Notes: generated by a model not told the origin, from the letters alone. Numbered from the whole stretch's first letter, positions 26,356-38,947 are shown. The stretch is DNA of 63,851 bases, filler included, from Reticulomyxa filosa (GCA_000512085.1; 21 parts of 21 records of this genome joined end to end with filler, not necessarily neighbours in it), one strand, 5' to 3'. Translations and numbers: made by a program.

Positions 26356-29300
26356 TTGGCCTTGCTTTTTTATCTTACAAAAAAACTTTCGGCTGGTTTG
26401 AGCACCTTGACTTCATTATGAAAGCATAACGAAACTAGTTTTTTTGCAATTATTCTAAACTGCTCTAAAAATGGAAAAAACATTTTCAAATATAGTTAGT
26501 GCTTTTGTCATAAACTTGAAGAATTCAACACTATTCTTTTGATTTAAAATTCCTAAAAAAAGCCTGCCGATCTGTGTCGTGAAACGCAAAAGAGGCTTAC
26601 GAAATTTCCTTATAATTCCTAACAAAAAGCAGTGTCTTTCAAACAAAAAAATATTATAAATATGAGAGATAATGGATTATGAAAACTATCATGAAATTGA
26701 TTTTTCCGATGTTTGTGATATTTTTTAATGGAAAAAACGATGTGGTCACAGATGTAAACTTTTTTTTCTGCCAAAATGAAAGCCAGACAGCATTATATGC
26801 AAAGACAATAGTTCCATTATTTTAAAATCGTTTTATATTTGGAAAACAATAATTTAATCTTAATCCTTTGAGTATTTCAAAACTTTGATAAATGTTTTTG
26901 TTTTTTGTCATGTATTGTAATTTTTTGAAGATTTAAATTATAATGTCCCAGAGACAGGAAGCTGCAGCGGAAGTAAATGAGGATCGGATTTGAGAGATAT
27001 TCTCAGAATGATACTTGCTAGTTGTGATTCAAGTGATGCGTGCAAAGGCCAGACCCAACGCGTGGGGAGTTGCAAATTGAACGAAATATTTGAATTTACG
27101 TTTTGCTAGTGGACAGGATGCGTGGATACTTCAAGTTGATCGACAGCATCATCCAAGATAGATTGCAACTGGTGATGGATTTGAGCAATGACTGGTGATA
27201 ACTCAAGTGAATGATGATGACGATGGTCCAAAGTTTGATGTTGTGTGTAGTGAAGTATTGCATATTTTTGTTCAGCTTTTTTAACATCAGAATGACTTGA
27301 ACTTTGTGGACGAAGCTATTAATTGTTATACGTTTGACTGTAACTCTTGTGAATCACATAGTGGAGAAATTTTATATTAGAAATAGTTCCACAATATTTG
27401 TATATCTTTCTTTTGTATTCAATGAAGTATGATTGCTTGATGTCGTTTTGAAGATTTAGACACAAATAGCTATTGACAAATTTGTACAATGTGGATCCAG
27501 TATTAAATTTCGTGATACACAGTAAATGTAAAAAATTAGCTTGACATCTTGGTTTTAGATGTAATAAGTGTCCAAGTCAATGATATGTGGAATTTACTCC
27601 ATGATGTTTTAATTATAGTGACTATATCGTGAATATTGTATATATTACTTAATATTTCTAATATGACATTTCGACATAGTGAATTACCATAAAATTCATT
27701 GACAACGATTACGAATCTATTTGATATCTGGTTCTTTATTGTGAAAATTTGATAATTACTGATTTTATGTTAAAATTTAGCGACAATTTTTGATCTGAAG
27801 ATGTTGCAAGTCGCATTGTAAACGATGTTTCACCTTCGCTGATCGCAATATCAACAATAAAGAATTTGCTTGCCAATTGATGAACATTTGATTTTTATTT
27901 GTAAAAGGATTGAGTTAGTGAGAATATGATATAATGTGCCACGCGAATGATTTGGGTTTATAGATGTTGCCGCTATATGAAGAGATCATGATTTGACGTA
28001 TTATTTCATGTAACAAATAATCTTTGGAAACTGTAATATGTTGGCTAAATTTGTATTTGTTACCGCAGCTTTGTTCTAACATGAATCTGCTATATGTTTT
28101 TTTTTTAATCGGTCGAACTGCTGTATTCTGTAAACATTTATGTCATATAACTCGACAGATGAAAAGGATAATGCTGATTTTGCTGCAGTAATGTTATAAA
28201 CAAAAAATTAATAACGTATTTAATTATTGCTATCTGGAATTTCAGGATCTACGTAATGGAAAAATACTTACAAGCAACTGTTTGTCCATAGGTAAAAAAA
28301 ACACATTAAATTCACTAATAACTTTCTTGCATAAATGTATAATATCTATGTTGCTCACTTGCAAGTTAGACGCTACGAAGAAATATTTAATCGAATTAGT
28401 ATTAGCTGCACCTGCTAGGCGTGACACCGATTGACGTTTGATTTGTTTGCCATGTTGTCTTTATATTTTCCTTTTGTAACTAAAAAGTATAATTATTTTT
28501 GCACTTTAAATTATTTGATTTAATAATTTTTTCACAACAACACAAAAGTCAAATATATCTTCATGTTCACTACAATAAAAAAAATATTCGTGCAGTAATA
28601 TCCTTACTACAATTACAACAAACAGCACCATGCTGTTCATAAAAATTGTACGCTACGTTGCGCGCAAAAATCTCAAATGCCATTCAAAGCCATTATAACC
28701 TCATGTTCGGAAAAGACTGTATGTTTGTTTGATAACGACGAATCAAGGTTAATAACACTAATCATGCAAAATGGTAACTGTCAGCAATACTTAAACGGCA
28801 ACAAAATACTCTAAAATATCCACAAAAAAAATGTCAAAACTTTTCGTGTGAAAGCAAACTCGAATGATAGCTGTTTTTAAAAATTTTCTATAGATTTTTC
28901 TGCAGAAAAAATATTTGTTTGTTTTTGTCAAACGATTGAATTTTAAAACTAAGTTTTAGTACCTTACGACATTTTAACCTAACATAAAACAAAAAAATGT
29001 CTTAAACTAACTTCCTTGAAAAAAACAAAAAAAAATTGTGTTCTCCGGCACAATGTTTACATTTTTTTATTAAAAGGAATATTTGCAGTATTTATCATTT
29101 CAAACAATTTTTTTAAATATTATTTGGGCGAAACAATTTAAATGCTTGTTTCATGTATTAATACTTCGGCGGCAGATGAAGTTCAATTGTGCTATCTTAT
29201 CTCAACGCAATGACAGGAGTTATTTTATTTCATTTTATCAATGAAAACATCTTTTACTACGTTTTAAATTTTATTATTATACAAAAATTTTAAGTAAAAA

Positions 29301-29436
29301 ATGGAAATACTGTTACTTTTGTGATAGTTTTCCACCTTTGAAAAAGGTACAATTTTTTCGAGATATGAACACAAAAATTCATAATTATACATAGTCATTT
29401 TTGCCTTGTTAGTTATTTTTTTATCTTTGTGAAAAA

Positions 29437-30871
29437 ATGCGAGAAGTGATAACAATAGAAGTTGGACAAGCGGGTATTCAGCTTGGAAATGCACTGTGGG
29501 AACAATATTGTGCAGAGCACTGCATCGACAATACAGGCGAACGTGAAAATAAAAATCCACAAGATAGTTCATTCCAAACATTTTTTGGACGAGGAGAAAA
29601 GATTCAATTTTTTCCAAGGCTTTTGGCGGTTAAGAAATCTTTCATCTTGATGTCAGGCATAAACTCAAACGAGTAGTTCATATAATAATTCAAAAAAAGC
29701 ATAGGTCGACTTAGAACCAAATGTAATTGACGAACTAAAAGTTGGATCATTTGCAAAGATGTACCAGGGTACATATTTGTTATCTGGAAATGAAGATGCA
29801 GCAAATAATTTTGCACGAGGATATTACACAGTTGGAAGACGAATGATTGATAAAGTGAACGATACTTTACGAAAATTGGTGGACAATTGCGACAATCCCA
29901 TGGGATTTATGATTGTTCATAGTGTTGGAGGAGGGACAGGTTCTGGCTTGGGCTCATTGCTCTTAGAACGACTTGCAGTGGACTATCGAAAAAAATCGAA
30001 AATGGGATTTGAAATCTACCCGTCGCCAAGCTTATCCACTTGTGTGGTTGAACCTTACAATACATTGTTGACGACACATTGGTTAATAGATCATACTGAT
30101 GTATCATTGGTACTGGACAATGAAGCTATTTATGGCATTTGTCAAAACAAGCTGCATATTGCGAAACCGGACGTATCTAACTTGAATCGTTTAATTTCAA
30201 AAGTTGTATCTTCAGTGACAGCATTTTTGCGATTCCAAGGAGAATTAAATGTAGATTTGAATGAATTCCAAGCCAATTTGGTTCCATTTCCAAGACTGCA
30301 CTTTATGACAACAGGGATGAGTCCAATTGCGTCCAAAATGGATTTAAGTACTGCTCCCAATGATGTGCAGAGTATTACCGATGAGTGTTTGAAACCCACG
30401 AATTGGTTAGTGCAATATACTGAATTTGATTGTGAAATAGATAAATACATGGCAATTAGTATAAATTATCGTGGAGACATCGGTACTAAAGATGCAGGTG
30501 CTACTGCTGGTTGGCTTAGAAGGAACAATAAATTGCATTTAGTGGAGTGGTGTCCAACTGGATTCAAAATTGGCTTAAATGGAATACCACCTACCTCTTT
30601 GGAAGCAGATGATATTGGCGAGTTTCGACGAAACGCAGTTATGATTAGCAATAACCCTGGCATTTCCCGGATGCTTGGCAAACAACTTCTACAAAAATTT
30701 GATTATATGTATTCACAACAAGCGTTTGTTCATTGGTATGTTGGAGAAGAAATGGAAGAAGAAACGTTTCTTGAGGCTCGTGAAGACTTAGCATATCTAG
30801 AAAAAGATTATATGGATGTTTTGCAAGAGCAACCAGATGATGACTACTTTAGTGATGACGATTATTGTTGA
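29437..30871 (+). CDS. TUBA: Alpha-tubulin, divergent (about 452 aa)
   Basis: MREVITIEVGQAGIQLG start; phase-0 intron 29629-29704 joins FPRLLA to VDLEP; EDAANNFARG, GGGTGSG, LNVDLNEFQ.NLVPFPR, WCPTGFK and AFVHWYVGE are present. Confidence 0.95.
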
Positions 30872-31689
30872 CGCTTTTTTAGTATGTTTTCGATAAATGT
30901 AAATTTTCCTTTTCAAAAAGAACTTTCATTTGTTGTCATAAACTGCAATACAAAGAAACATGGAAGTTTGCAAAACATAGCAAGAATAGTCTTTCCAAAG
31001 GAAAATATTTCTATTCAGAAGAATCCCAAATCTGACAAAGGTATGAAAGTATAGTTGTAATATTTGTGCTGTTTATATCCCCTTAATAATAAATTTAAAT
31101 AGTTGATGCCAACTTCTTTAATATGATAATTTACATAATTTTTTGAACGAAGAATAATGTTAAATTGCGAAAATGATCCTAAAAATTATTGAAAAACTAC
31201 TGAAGTTGTCCCGTTTGTTTTGTCACTCTGGTGATGACAATGCTGCTAATTCTGTTTTTTTTGTCCGCATTGATATTGCCTGGAGGAAATTGCGTCAAAA
31301 AAAGTCCATAGACATTTGCAATTTTATGCATAAAATTGCAAATGTCTATAGGGGTTCATTTTAGGGGGGTCTTTTTTTTGCGGTCGATTGCAGGAACAAT
31401 TTTTTTTCCAGTTCTAAGTTTGTTGTGAATTGCAAGCACTTTTTTAAAAGGGAAAAAATCTTGAAAATAAGCAGATATAATTGAAAAGAAAAGACAGGAA
31501 AACTAAGTCTTGAATTTTTTTCAAAAAAACAAATTACAGTAGGAGATGACCAAAAAATACCTTTTAATTATATTGTCCCTGTTAAGAAACAAAAAATATT
31601 CCCTTTCGTGCAAAGAAAATGTACATTTTTTGTGACAAAGAAATAACAACGACGCAAAAAAAAAAAATTCGAGTTTGTTCCAGAATGAA

Positions 31690-33320
31690 TTACTCTACAA
31701 AATCTTTGTTTTGTAAAGTGGCAATATCAGACATGGGAATGCTCGTGCCACTATTGGTGACTGTATGTGTCGTTTGGACATGTTTTTCGCCAGACGTTTC
31801 ATGACCAGTGGATTTTTTCCAGCTACCTGCCTTTGAGCTTGCGTCTCGTGTTCCACTGGCCACATCTGAAAGAGAATATTGTATTGTGAGGGTAAATGAA
31901 GTATAAATGTAAATATAAATATATATGAATATAGCTACACATGTAAATATATAATATATATGTTTTATTGTTGTTGAAAGAAAATAAACAAACGTTGATC
32001 CGCCAAGTGCAGTTCCAATTGCATTCTTTGGATTTGCGGTCGATAGGCCACGACAAAGGCGCACAGCAAGACAGCATTGGACAGCAGGTCGACAAAGCGG
32101 ACAGCGAAAGAGAACTTATGAATGGTTTGGCTATAGATGCTGAGGCACATTTGGACGAGTGAGTAGAAGACGACGACGACAATGAGAAGACGAATTCGAA
32201 AGACCAGTTTCCGATCTTCTTCATCTTTGTTGGACTTTGGGGCGGAGTTACCAGTGCGCATGGCAGACCGAGAGTTGGCCTGATGTTGAATGGTCTGCGT
32301 GACGACACGATACATTTTGAAGCCGAACAAGGCGAATAAGATTGAGGCGAGAAAGACGGCGATAGTGAAGATAGTTTCGAAGAGATAAAAGAAGGTTACG
32401 TGAAGGAAATACAAGATAATCTGCGCGATGACCAGCACAGTGGCGAAGACCGCAGCGGCAGTGAAAATCTTTTTTAACATTATGGGGATTCCGACGGCGG
32501 AGCGACCCATGGGATTGGAAATGGACACCCACGAGTGCAGCACACCACAGAGCATGACAAACGAGAGGAATATACATAACATAGCAACGATAACGAGGAG
32601 ACCAGCCAAGGCATCGTACGACAAGTTACTGGCACTGTAGGGGATCACGAGCAATATCAGACACAGTAGTAGCTGCAAGCACGAGTACACCGGGATCAAA
32701 CATGTGTTAATCAGTCCTGCCGTCATCACCTGGTGCTGCAGCACATGGCCAACGATCAATGGAATCAATTTCCACGACGTATACGCCAGCACGCTGGCGA
32801 ATATCACGCCAAAACACACGTGGATGCTCTGGAAGTTGGCACGCGAAAATTCGTCAATCACGGAGGCACGGCTGTTGCTCGACACCTCCTTCACTACGCT
32901 GAACGTGGTCACATGACTGCAATTGCAGAGCACGTTGCCGCTGTCCGCGTCCACTGTCGTCTCGCAACCGTCGCTGCGCCATTCCGATTGCACGCCATCG
33001 ATTGTCGACACGCAGATGATCGTGCCCGACTTCCCTTTCGCAACACCAGAGAACGCAATCTCCACATTCGTTGGTAATTTGTGTCGGGTGCTGTCGTTCA
33101 TTGGCGTCAAGTGCACCTGCACGCTGCTCGCTATTAATTGCTTATCACTATCCGCGCTGTCGTCTTGCACGTTGGGAATCTCTAGCATCAGTGCGTCAAT
33201 GCTAGCAAATCCGCCTTTTCTGGAACTGCTTTTCACTATTGTTCCTGGTACGTATACTGAGGCCGTTTGCAATGAGGCTGTTGACTCTCCGTCTATTTCG
33301 TATATACGTATATGTATATA

Positions 33321-33358
<38 letters not shown>

Positions 33359-36300
33359 AACTTGGATCATGGACTCGAAAAGAATACATGGCAATGTTTT
33401 GCAACTCTGGATAGGCATTGAACTCGGCGGGAACGAAGAGAGACGTGTCGAGGACTTGCCCAACGTACGTAGTGTTGACAAGGAGGAACCACAGATCGGA
33501 GCGCGTGGGGAAGGACCTGAGGAGCTCCAGACTCGAGTCGATGCTCTGCCAAAGCAAGTCGCGAAACATGAGACTGCGAAAGAGCGGCGACAAAGATGAC
33601 GAGACTTCGTTCGAGGAGTAGTAAACAGAAGTGCGCTGGGTGATGATGGACGAAGGATTTGTCCATAGATGATTGACATCAGTGATAGTGGGGAGGAATC
33701 GGCAGGGGTCATAGATGACAGTGAGGAGATATTGCCATTGCGTCATGTCGACGACAGTGGTAGGGACGAGTACGTCTTTCCATTGCACGATGAGACGGTT
33801 ATGCAAATCAAAGATTTGCGCAATGGACGGGATTTCAAATTGAAAGAGGGCAATGGAGCAATAGGCGCTGATGGATCGCGATGACACATAACGATACAAT
33901 GAGTCGATGACAAAAGCAAGTACGTTGGAACCGCACTGTGAGATCGTGTCATCGTCGAATGTTTCGTCCACGTATAGCAGCACGTTGAGCAGACTTTGGA
34001 ACAGGGCGTTGCGATCGTAGTTGTAATGTATCGAGCGATTGACGACTGTCCAATCATCGGAACACAAGTTGTAGCCGTCTTGCAGTTGGAACAGTGTGTC
34101 ACATTGCAAGGTGTGTGTCGACGACGATCCGGAAATGGGATCGAACAAACTGACGCGAATATTTGGAGATGTAATGGCGGGGAGCAGGACTCCGGACAGC
34201 AAGTTGTTGACATTAGAATAAGGATCTACGTGCAGATAATAGGAGTAGGAGTTGACTATCAATTGGAACACGTAGATCAGTTCGTTGGCGTTGTCCTCTT
34301 CGGCAAACACTTGTAAGCTAAACGCGTGCGTCGCGTTCCATGAATCCCTCAGTGATGACAGCAGCATTATGGGCTGATTGGCACCGCTCACACACGATGG
34401 ATACGTTTGCAGCGACGACTCGATCACTCGAGGGGATCGATTGATGGTAATGTCCACGTACCCATTGCCGCGAAGCGTGTTGCTGGAACGTTCCCAGACT
34501 TGCAGCTCGAAGCGATAGACGAGACCTGGCACCAGATGCTGCGGACAATACAACACGAGATTGAGAATGGCCGTGCCGGCGACGGTGACGTTCTGCTCGT
34601 TGGACACTGATTGCTTGCATTGCTGCAGATTGTCGCTGGTTAACAAGTTGTTTGCTTCGATCCATTGGTATTCGTACTCGACGTTTTTATTGTAGATCAA
34701 GACCTGTCCAACGATACGTATTTTATCATCCCAATTGACATGCGCGTGTAGCGACGTGACAAACACGATCACGATGTCGCTGTCACTGTTGTCAATCATA
34801 TTCAACGCGCCTACTTTTTGTATCGTCGGTGTTGCCGTCGGTATTGCTGTCGGTGTTGTTGTTGTTGTTGGTGTTAGTGTTGCTGTTGTTGTCGTTGTTG
34901 TTGTTGTTGTTGTCGCTGTTGTTGGTTTTGTTGTCGTAGACTTATTCGAATTGCCGTTATTGTTACCATCTTCGTCGGTGACAAATACGTCAATGCCAAT
35001 GGTGTCCACGCACGATTGGAACTCATCATTCTGGACGGTCAGCGTGAACAGGTAGGAATAGTTGCTTTGTCCGGGATGGTGACCGGAGATTAGGGAGATG
35101 TTGACAGACGTGTTTGTGTTGGAAGAGAGGATCAGGTCGTTGCATGGACCAGTGCTTTGCGTGCACGTCCAATTGGCAGTGAAGAGATGCGAATCGGTGT
35201 CAATAAAGTCGGGATTGAAGCTGAACGTAGACGCGTCGAGCGTAAGACGATACGCATGCAGCGCTGACACCGTGCCGTACACGGTCATGTGATCTCCCCC
35301 TTTGATCTGGCACTGAATAGTGCTGAACTCGTACGTGAATGTGTAATAGTCCGTCGACCGCACTTGGCTGCCACAAATATTGGCCGGGCATGTAACAGTC
35401 AATGAAAAATTATACGTGATGCCCCTTTCAAGCATATCATCGACGTCCAACAGTAAGCTAGTAGTGTTCTTCCTGTCTTCCAGATAATCGAGTAAAGTGT
35501 TCCACGAGTCCAAACTCTCCACATCTCCTTCTTGTGTATTTTGTATAGTCACGTTCCATACGTACTGCAAAGCAGAAAAATAAATAGACGGCTCGATGGA
35601 CGGATTAAGACACGATAAGTTCAAACTGGGAAGAGCGACAATGGGCACGAATTGCAGTGCACTCTTATCATTTTTGTTGGTCCACAGATCCTTTGTAAAA
35701 TAGTTATGTCCGTAAAACGTCAGAAACGGGACCGCCGAGTCCAATCGCTTCACTACCATCTGTTGCACTTGACTGAATTCATACCACGTAGTCACGTTCA
35801 AAGTGATCTCGTATATCGATCCGTCGTCCTTGTCGAGGATCATAATGACACCTGTCACTTGTGTCGATTGGTTCTTGGTCGACGGATAATACGTCGTCAC
35901 GTCCCACTGGAACAGTGCCTGTCTCCCGCCCAAGTGCAGAGTCTTTGTCGCATCCAACACCAGATTATCGCATATACCAATGGTCGATGGAATGTGCAGA
36001 TTAATGGCCGGATAGATGGGGTTGAGAGGCCATGTCAAACCCACCAATGTGATCTCTTCATTGTTCGTCGGCTTCATGGCCGACAGATAGTTGAGCACAT
36101 CCTTTCGAATGTACAACGCGCTGTGAATACCGACCTTGGATGTACTCGTCAAATTCACCGTCAGCAATGTTTGTGTGCCATTCACATTGCTGCTCTCGTC
36201 CGTGCTCCACGTGCATATGGCCTTGTTTCCTAGCAGCTCGGTCGTGTTCGCTTCGAATATCGACGAGCAATTGTCGTCCGTCAAAGGAGTCCACGACATC

Positions 36301-36364
36301 GGCCCAGTGGTATTCGTCTTCACCATAAATGACAGAAAGTCATCCGAGAGTTGCGCATAATAAT
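31690..36364 (-). CDS. Adhesion-GPCR-like receptor: REJ/PKD-like ectodomain, Thr-rich stalk, GPS motif and 7TM; 5' partial
   Basis: Introns 33293-33361 and 31866-31993 join the ORFs. REJ-like motifs (LVLDAT, LTLDASTFSFNPD, FTANWTC, LVPGLVYRFEL, INRSP), a GPS motif WRSDGC..VLCNCSHVTTFSV, then seven hydrophobic helices. Confidence 0.85.
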
Positions 36365-36523
36365 CTATTTTTTTTTTTTATTTAATGTTAGTAACCGTCC
36401 CTCCTCTCTCTCTCTCTCTCTCTNNNNNNNNNNNNNNNNNNNNNNNNNNNNNNNNNNNNNNNNNNNNTTAATTAATTAANNNNNNNNNNNNNNNNNNNNN
36501 NNNNNNNNNNNNNNNNNNNNNNN

Positions 36524-36567
<44 letters not shown>

Positions 36568-36568
36568 G

Positions 36569-37357
36569 GCAAGGCCGGCCAAGACTTACTCATGTTTATA
36601 CTGGTGTTAGTAATCTTCTTCTTAGCCTTTGGGTTTTGCGGCTTTATGGCCTTTTCCAGCGACGTCGATGACTTCCGATCCTTAATGTTTGCGTTTTTCA
36701 ATATGGTTCGCTTCGTGCTTGGCGACATAAACTACTCGGATTTGCAGCAGAGCAGTCGCACGTGGGGCTCCGTGTATTACGTGGCGTGGTCCGTCTTGAT
36801 GCTGCTCATCTTGACCAACGTGTTCATTGCCATATTGTCGGAGGCCTATGGGGAAACCATCGAAGATATGAGCGACAAAGATAAGCTGAGTCTGGGTTTC
36901 TTTGGCATGCGTGGCGCCATGTTGCGATTGCAAAAGATCTTCCGCAGTCTCACCAATCTCCGGCATTCCGAAATCGACAAAGACGGAGATGGACAACTCG
37001 ATGCGAAGGAAGTGGCGGAGAAAACAGGATGGACCGCGGAACGAGCACAACAGTTCATCGATAAACATGATAAAGATCACGACGGAAAACTGTCCGAAGA
37101 AGAATGGCAAGCTTTGTCTGCCGAGCTGGAAAATGAACAAGAACAGGCCGATACGGATGCTCGCTTGGCTGCCATAGGAGTCACCGTCCCACAAAGAGTG
37201 TCTCTGTTCTCCAAAGACGTTGTCCCGCAATTGTCCGCGGAACAGTTCCAGAAATTAAACAGCCAAATCGATTTGATCGAGGGGATGCTCAGAGCACAAT
37301 TGCATCAAACTAAAACCGGCACCAAGGCACTTAAAGAAATTGAAAGCAAATATAAAT
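36569..37357 (+). CDS. Polycystin-2 (TRPP/PKD2-like) cation channel, C-terminal exon
   Basis: S5-pore-S6 region with FVLGDINY filter and LTNVFIAILSEAY, followed by EF-hands DKDGDGQLDAKE and DKDHDGKLSEEE and a coiled coil; flanked by (TA)n introns. Confidence 0.88.
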
Positions 37358-37411
37358 GTATGCACTTGTATATAACATATACATATACATATATACATAT
37401 ATGTATATATA

Positions 37412-37455
<44 letters not shown>

Positions 37456-37624
37456 ATATGCATATACACATATATTAATGTGACCTTGTTCTATTTGTTG
37501 ATCTCGTATTCGTATAGTACCCTCNNNNNNNNNNNNNNNNNNNNNNNNNNNNNNNNNNNNNNNNNNNNTTAATTAATTAANNNNNNNNNNNNNNNNNNNN
37601 NNNNNNNNNNNNNNNNNNNNNNNN

Positions 37625-38262
37625 AGAACGACCGCATCTTCCTTGCCGATCCGCGACAGCCCTCCGCTCCATGGATTGGCGATATAGTGGGCTTCGCCTG
37701 CCTCGCCCGTCTGCGGCTTCACGGGAAGTGCCGGTGGAAAGTTTCCGACGCACAGCGCCACACGATCGACCGTATGCCACGCGCCGTCGGCCGTCTGAAG
37801 CGCGACCGACTTTGCGCCGGTCGTCAGGCTTATCACCTCGGCATCGACACCGATCATAGATGACGCGGGATGTGCGGCCAGACAGGCCGACAAGGTCGCG
37901 CGCAGGTACTGGCCGTACAGTCCGCGGGACACGAACGGTCCTCGTGGCTCGGCTCCAGCGGCGTTCACGCATCCCGCCACCCATTTGATGAAATGGTCGG
38001 GCCGCGATTCGTACGCGCTCATGTTGGCGACACGCACGTTCAGCAGATGCTTGTCGTTGGGCGTGGAATAGGCCACTCCGCTGCCGAAGGCCGCCGCTCT
38101 GTCGAACAGGAGAATGCGCACGGGCACCGGCGACTGCTCGATCAGGTGAACGGCCAGCATCGTGCCGGTGAAGCCTCCGCCGACGATGCCGAACGTGGGC
38201 CGCTCGTCGCCGCTCACGTTACCCCGCAGGAAAGGGGAGTTCGTACATGCAGATGTCGGCAT
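37625..38262 (-). CDS. Bacterial FAD/NAD(P)-binding protein, 3' truncated
   Basis: IVGGGFTG Rossmann motif, GVAYST..HLLNV.. MSA...PDHF and FVSRGLYGQYL; GAGGA ribosome site upstream; high-GC contig. Confidence 0.9.
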
Positions 38263-38277
38263 GGCGATCCTCGCTTG

Positions 38278-38340
38278 TCAGGAGACGGTCGACGCACTCA
38301 GCGCCTGCTGCGAGAAACGAACGACGGTGAAACTCATCAT
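38278..38340 (-). CDS. Putative 20-aa small ORF or leader peptide MMSFTVVRFSQQALSASTVS
   Basis: A strong AGGAGG lies just upstream of ATG ATG; the ORF ends in TGA 15 nt before, and in frame with, the FAD-protein ATG. Confidence 0.45.
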   Translation of the reverse strand: MMSFTVVRFSQQALSASTVS

Positions 38341-38390
38341 CGTGCCTCCTACAGTCAGTCCAGCAGCTGGACCAAAGCGGGCTGGAAGCG

Positions 38391-38429
38391 TTCAACCAAT
38401 TAGTCGACCAATTTGGTAGAGATTGTCAA
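38391..38429 (-). promoter_or_regulatory. Sigma70-like promoter with overlapping palindromic operator
   Basis: TTGACA (38429-38424) is followed by the near-perfect dyad TCTACCA-AAT-TGGTCGA (38420-38404) and a second overlapping TCGACTAATTGGTTGA. Confidence 0.6.
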
Positions 38430-38473
38430 CTCGCCGCCCCTGTCCGCGCATGAAGCTTTGGAGGCGATCAGAA

Positions 38474-38947
38474 TCAGGGAGCGCAAGCCGCTCGTGTGCT
38501 CGCCCTTTTCGACGCCGGCTTCCGTCCCGAGCGCTCCTTACCCATGGCGTCGGAAAGACTCGTGTTGTCGAGAATGTCCCGGCTCGACTTGGCAACCTGG
38601 GCAAACACGCGCCGAATTTCACAGTTGGCTTCGTCGGAACAATCCTTGCATCGGCGATACGCGACGTTCGAAAGGCAAGGCAGCAGCGCGATCGGCCCAT
38701 CGACGATCCGCAACACCTCGCCGAACATGATCTGCGACGGCTGCTTGTCGAGCCGATACCCGCCAAGCTTGCCGCGCTTGCTCTGCACGAGGCCGTGGCG
38801 CTTGAGATCGAGCAGGATCTGCTCCAGGAATTTCCTGGGAATCGAGCAGGATGCGGATAGTTCCGCAATCAGGACTGCGTGACCGGAATCGGCTTGTGCC
38901 AGAGCCAAGAGAGCCCTGAGCGCATACCTTGCCCGTTGCGAGATCAT
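38474..38947 (-). CDS. Rrf2-family transcriptional regulator
   Basis: MISQRARYALRAL..IPRKFLEQILLDLKRHGLVQSKRGKLGGYRL..GEVLRIVDGP..PCLS..RRCKDC..C, an Rrf2 winged-helix with C-terminal Cys cluster. Confidence 0.93.
   Translation of the reverse strand: MISQRARYALRALLALAQADSGHAVLIAELSASCSIPRKFLEQILLDLKRHGLVQSKRGKLGGYRLDKQPSQIMFGEVLRIVDGPIALLPCLSNVAYRRCKDCSDEANCEIRRVFAQVAKSSRDILDNTSLSDAMGKERSGRKPASKRASTRAACAP

Noticed and set aside
26900-28450. Possible gene between the 7TM gene and tubulin
   Set aside because: Only short stop-riddled frames and no recognisable domain; at most a decayed gene.
31690-37357. PKD1-like and PKD2-like genes apparently head-to-head as a polycystin locus
   Set aside because: An artificial spacer (36424-36523) separates them, so linkage is unsupported.
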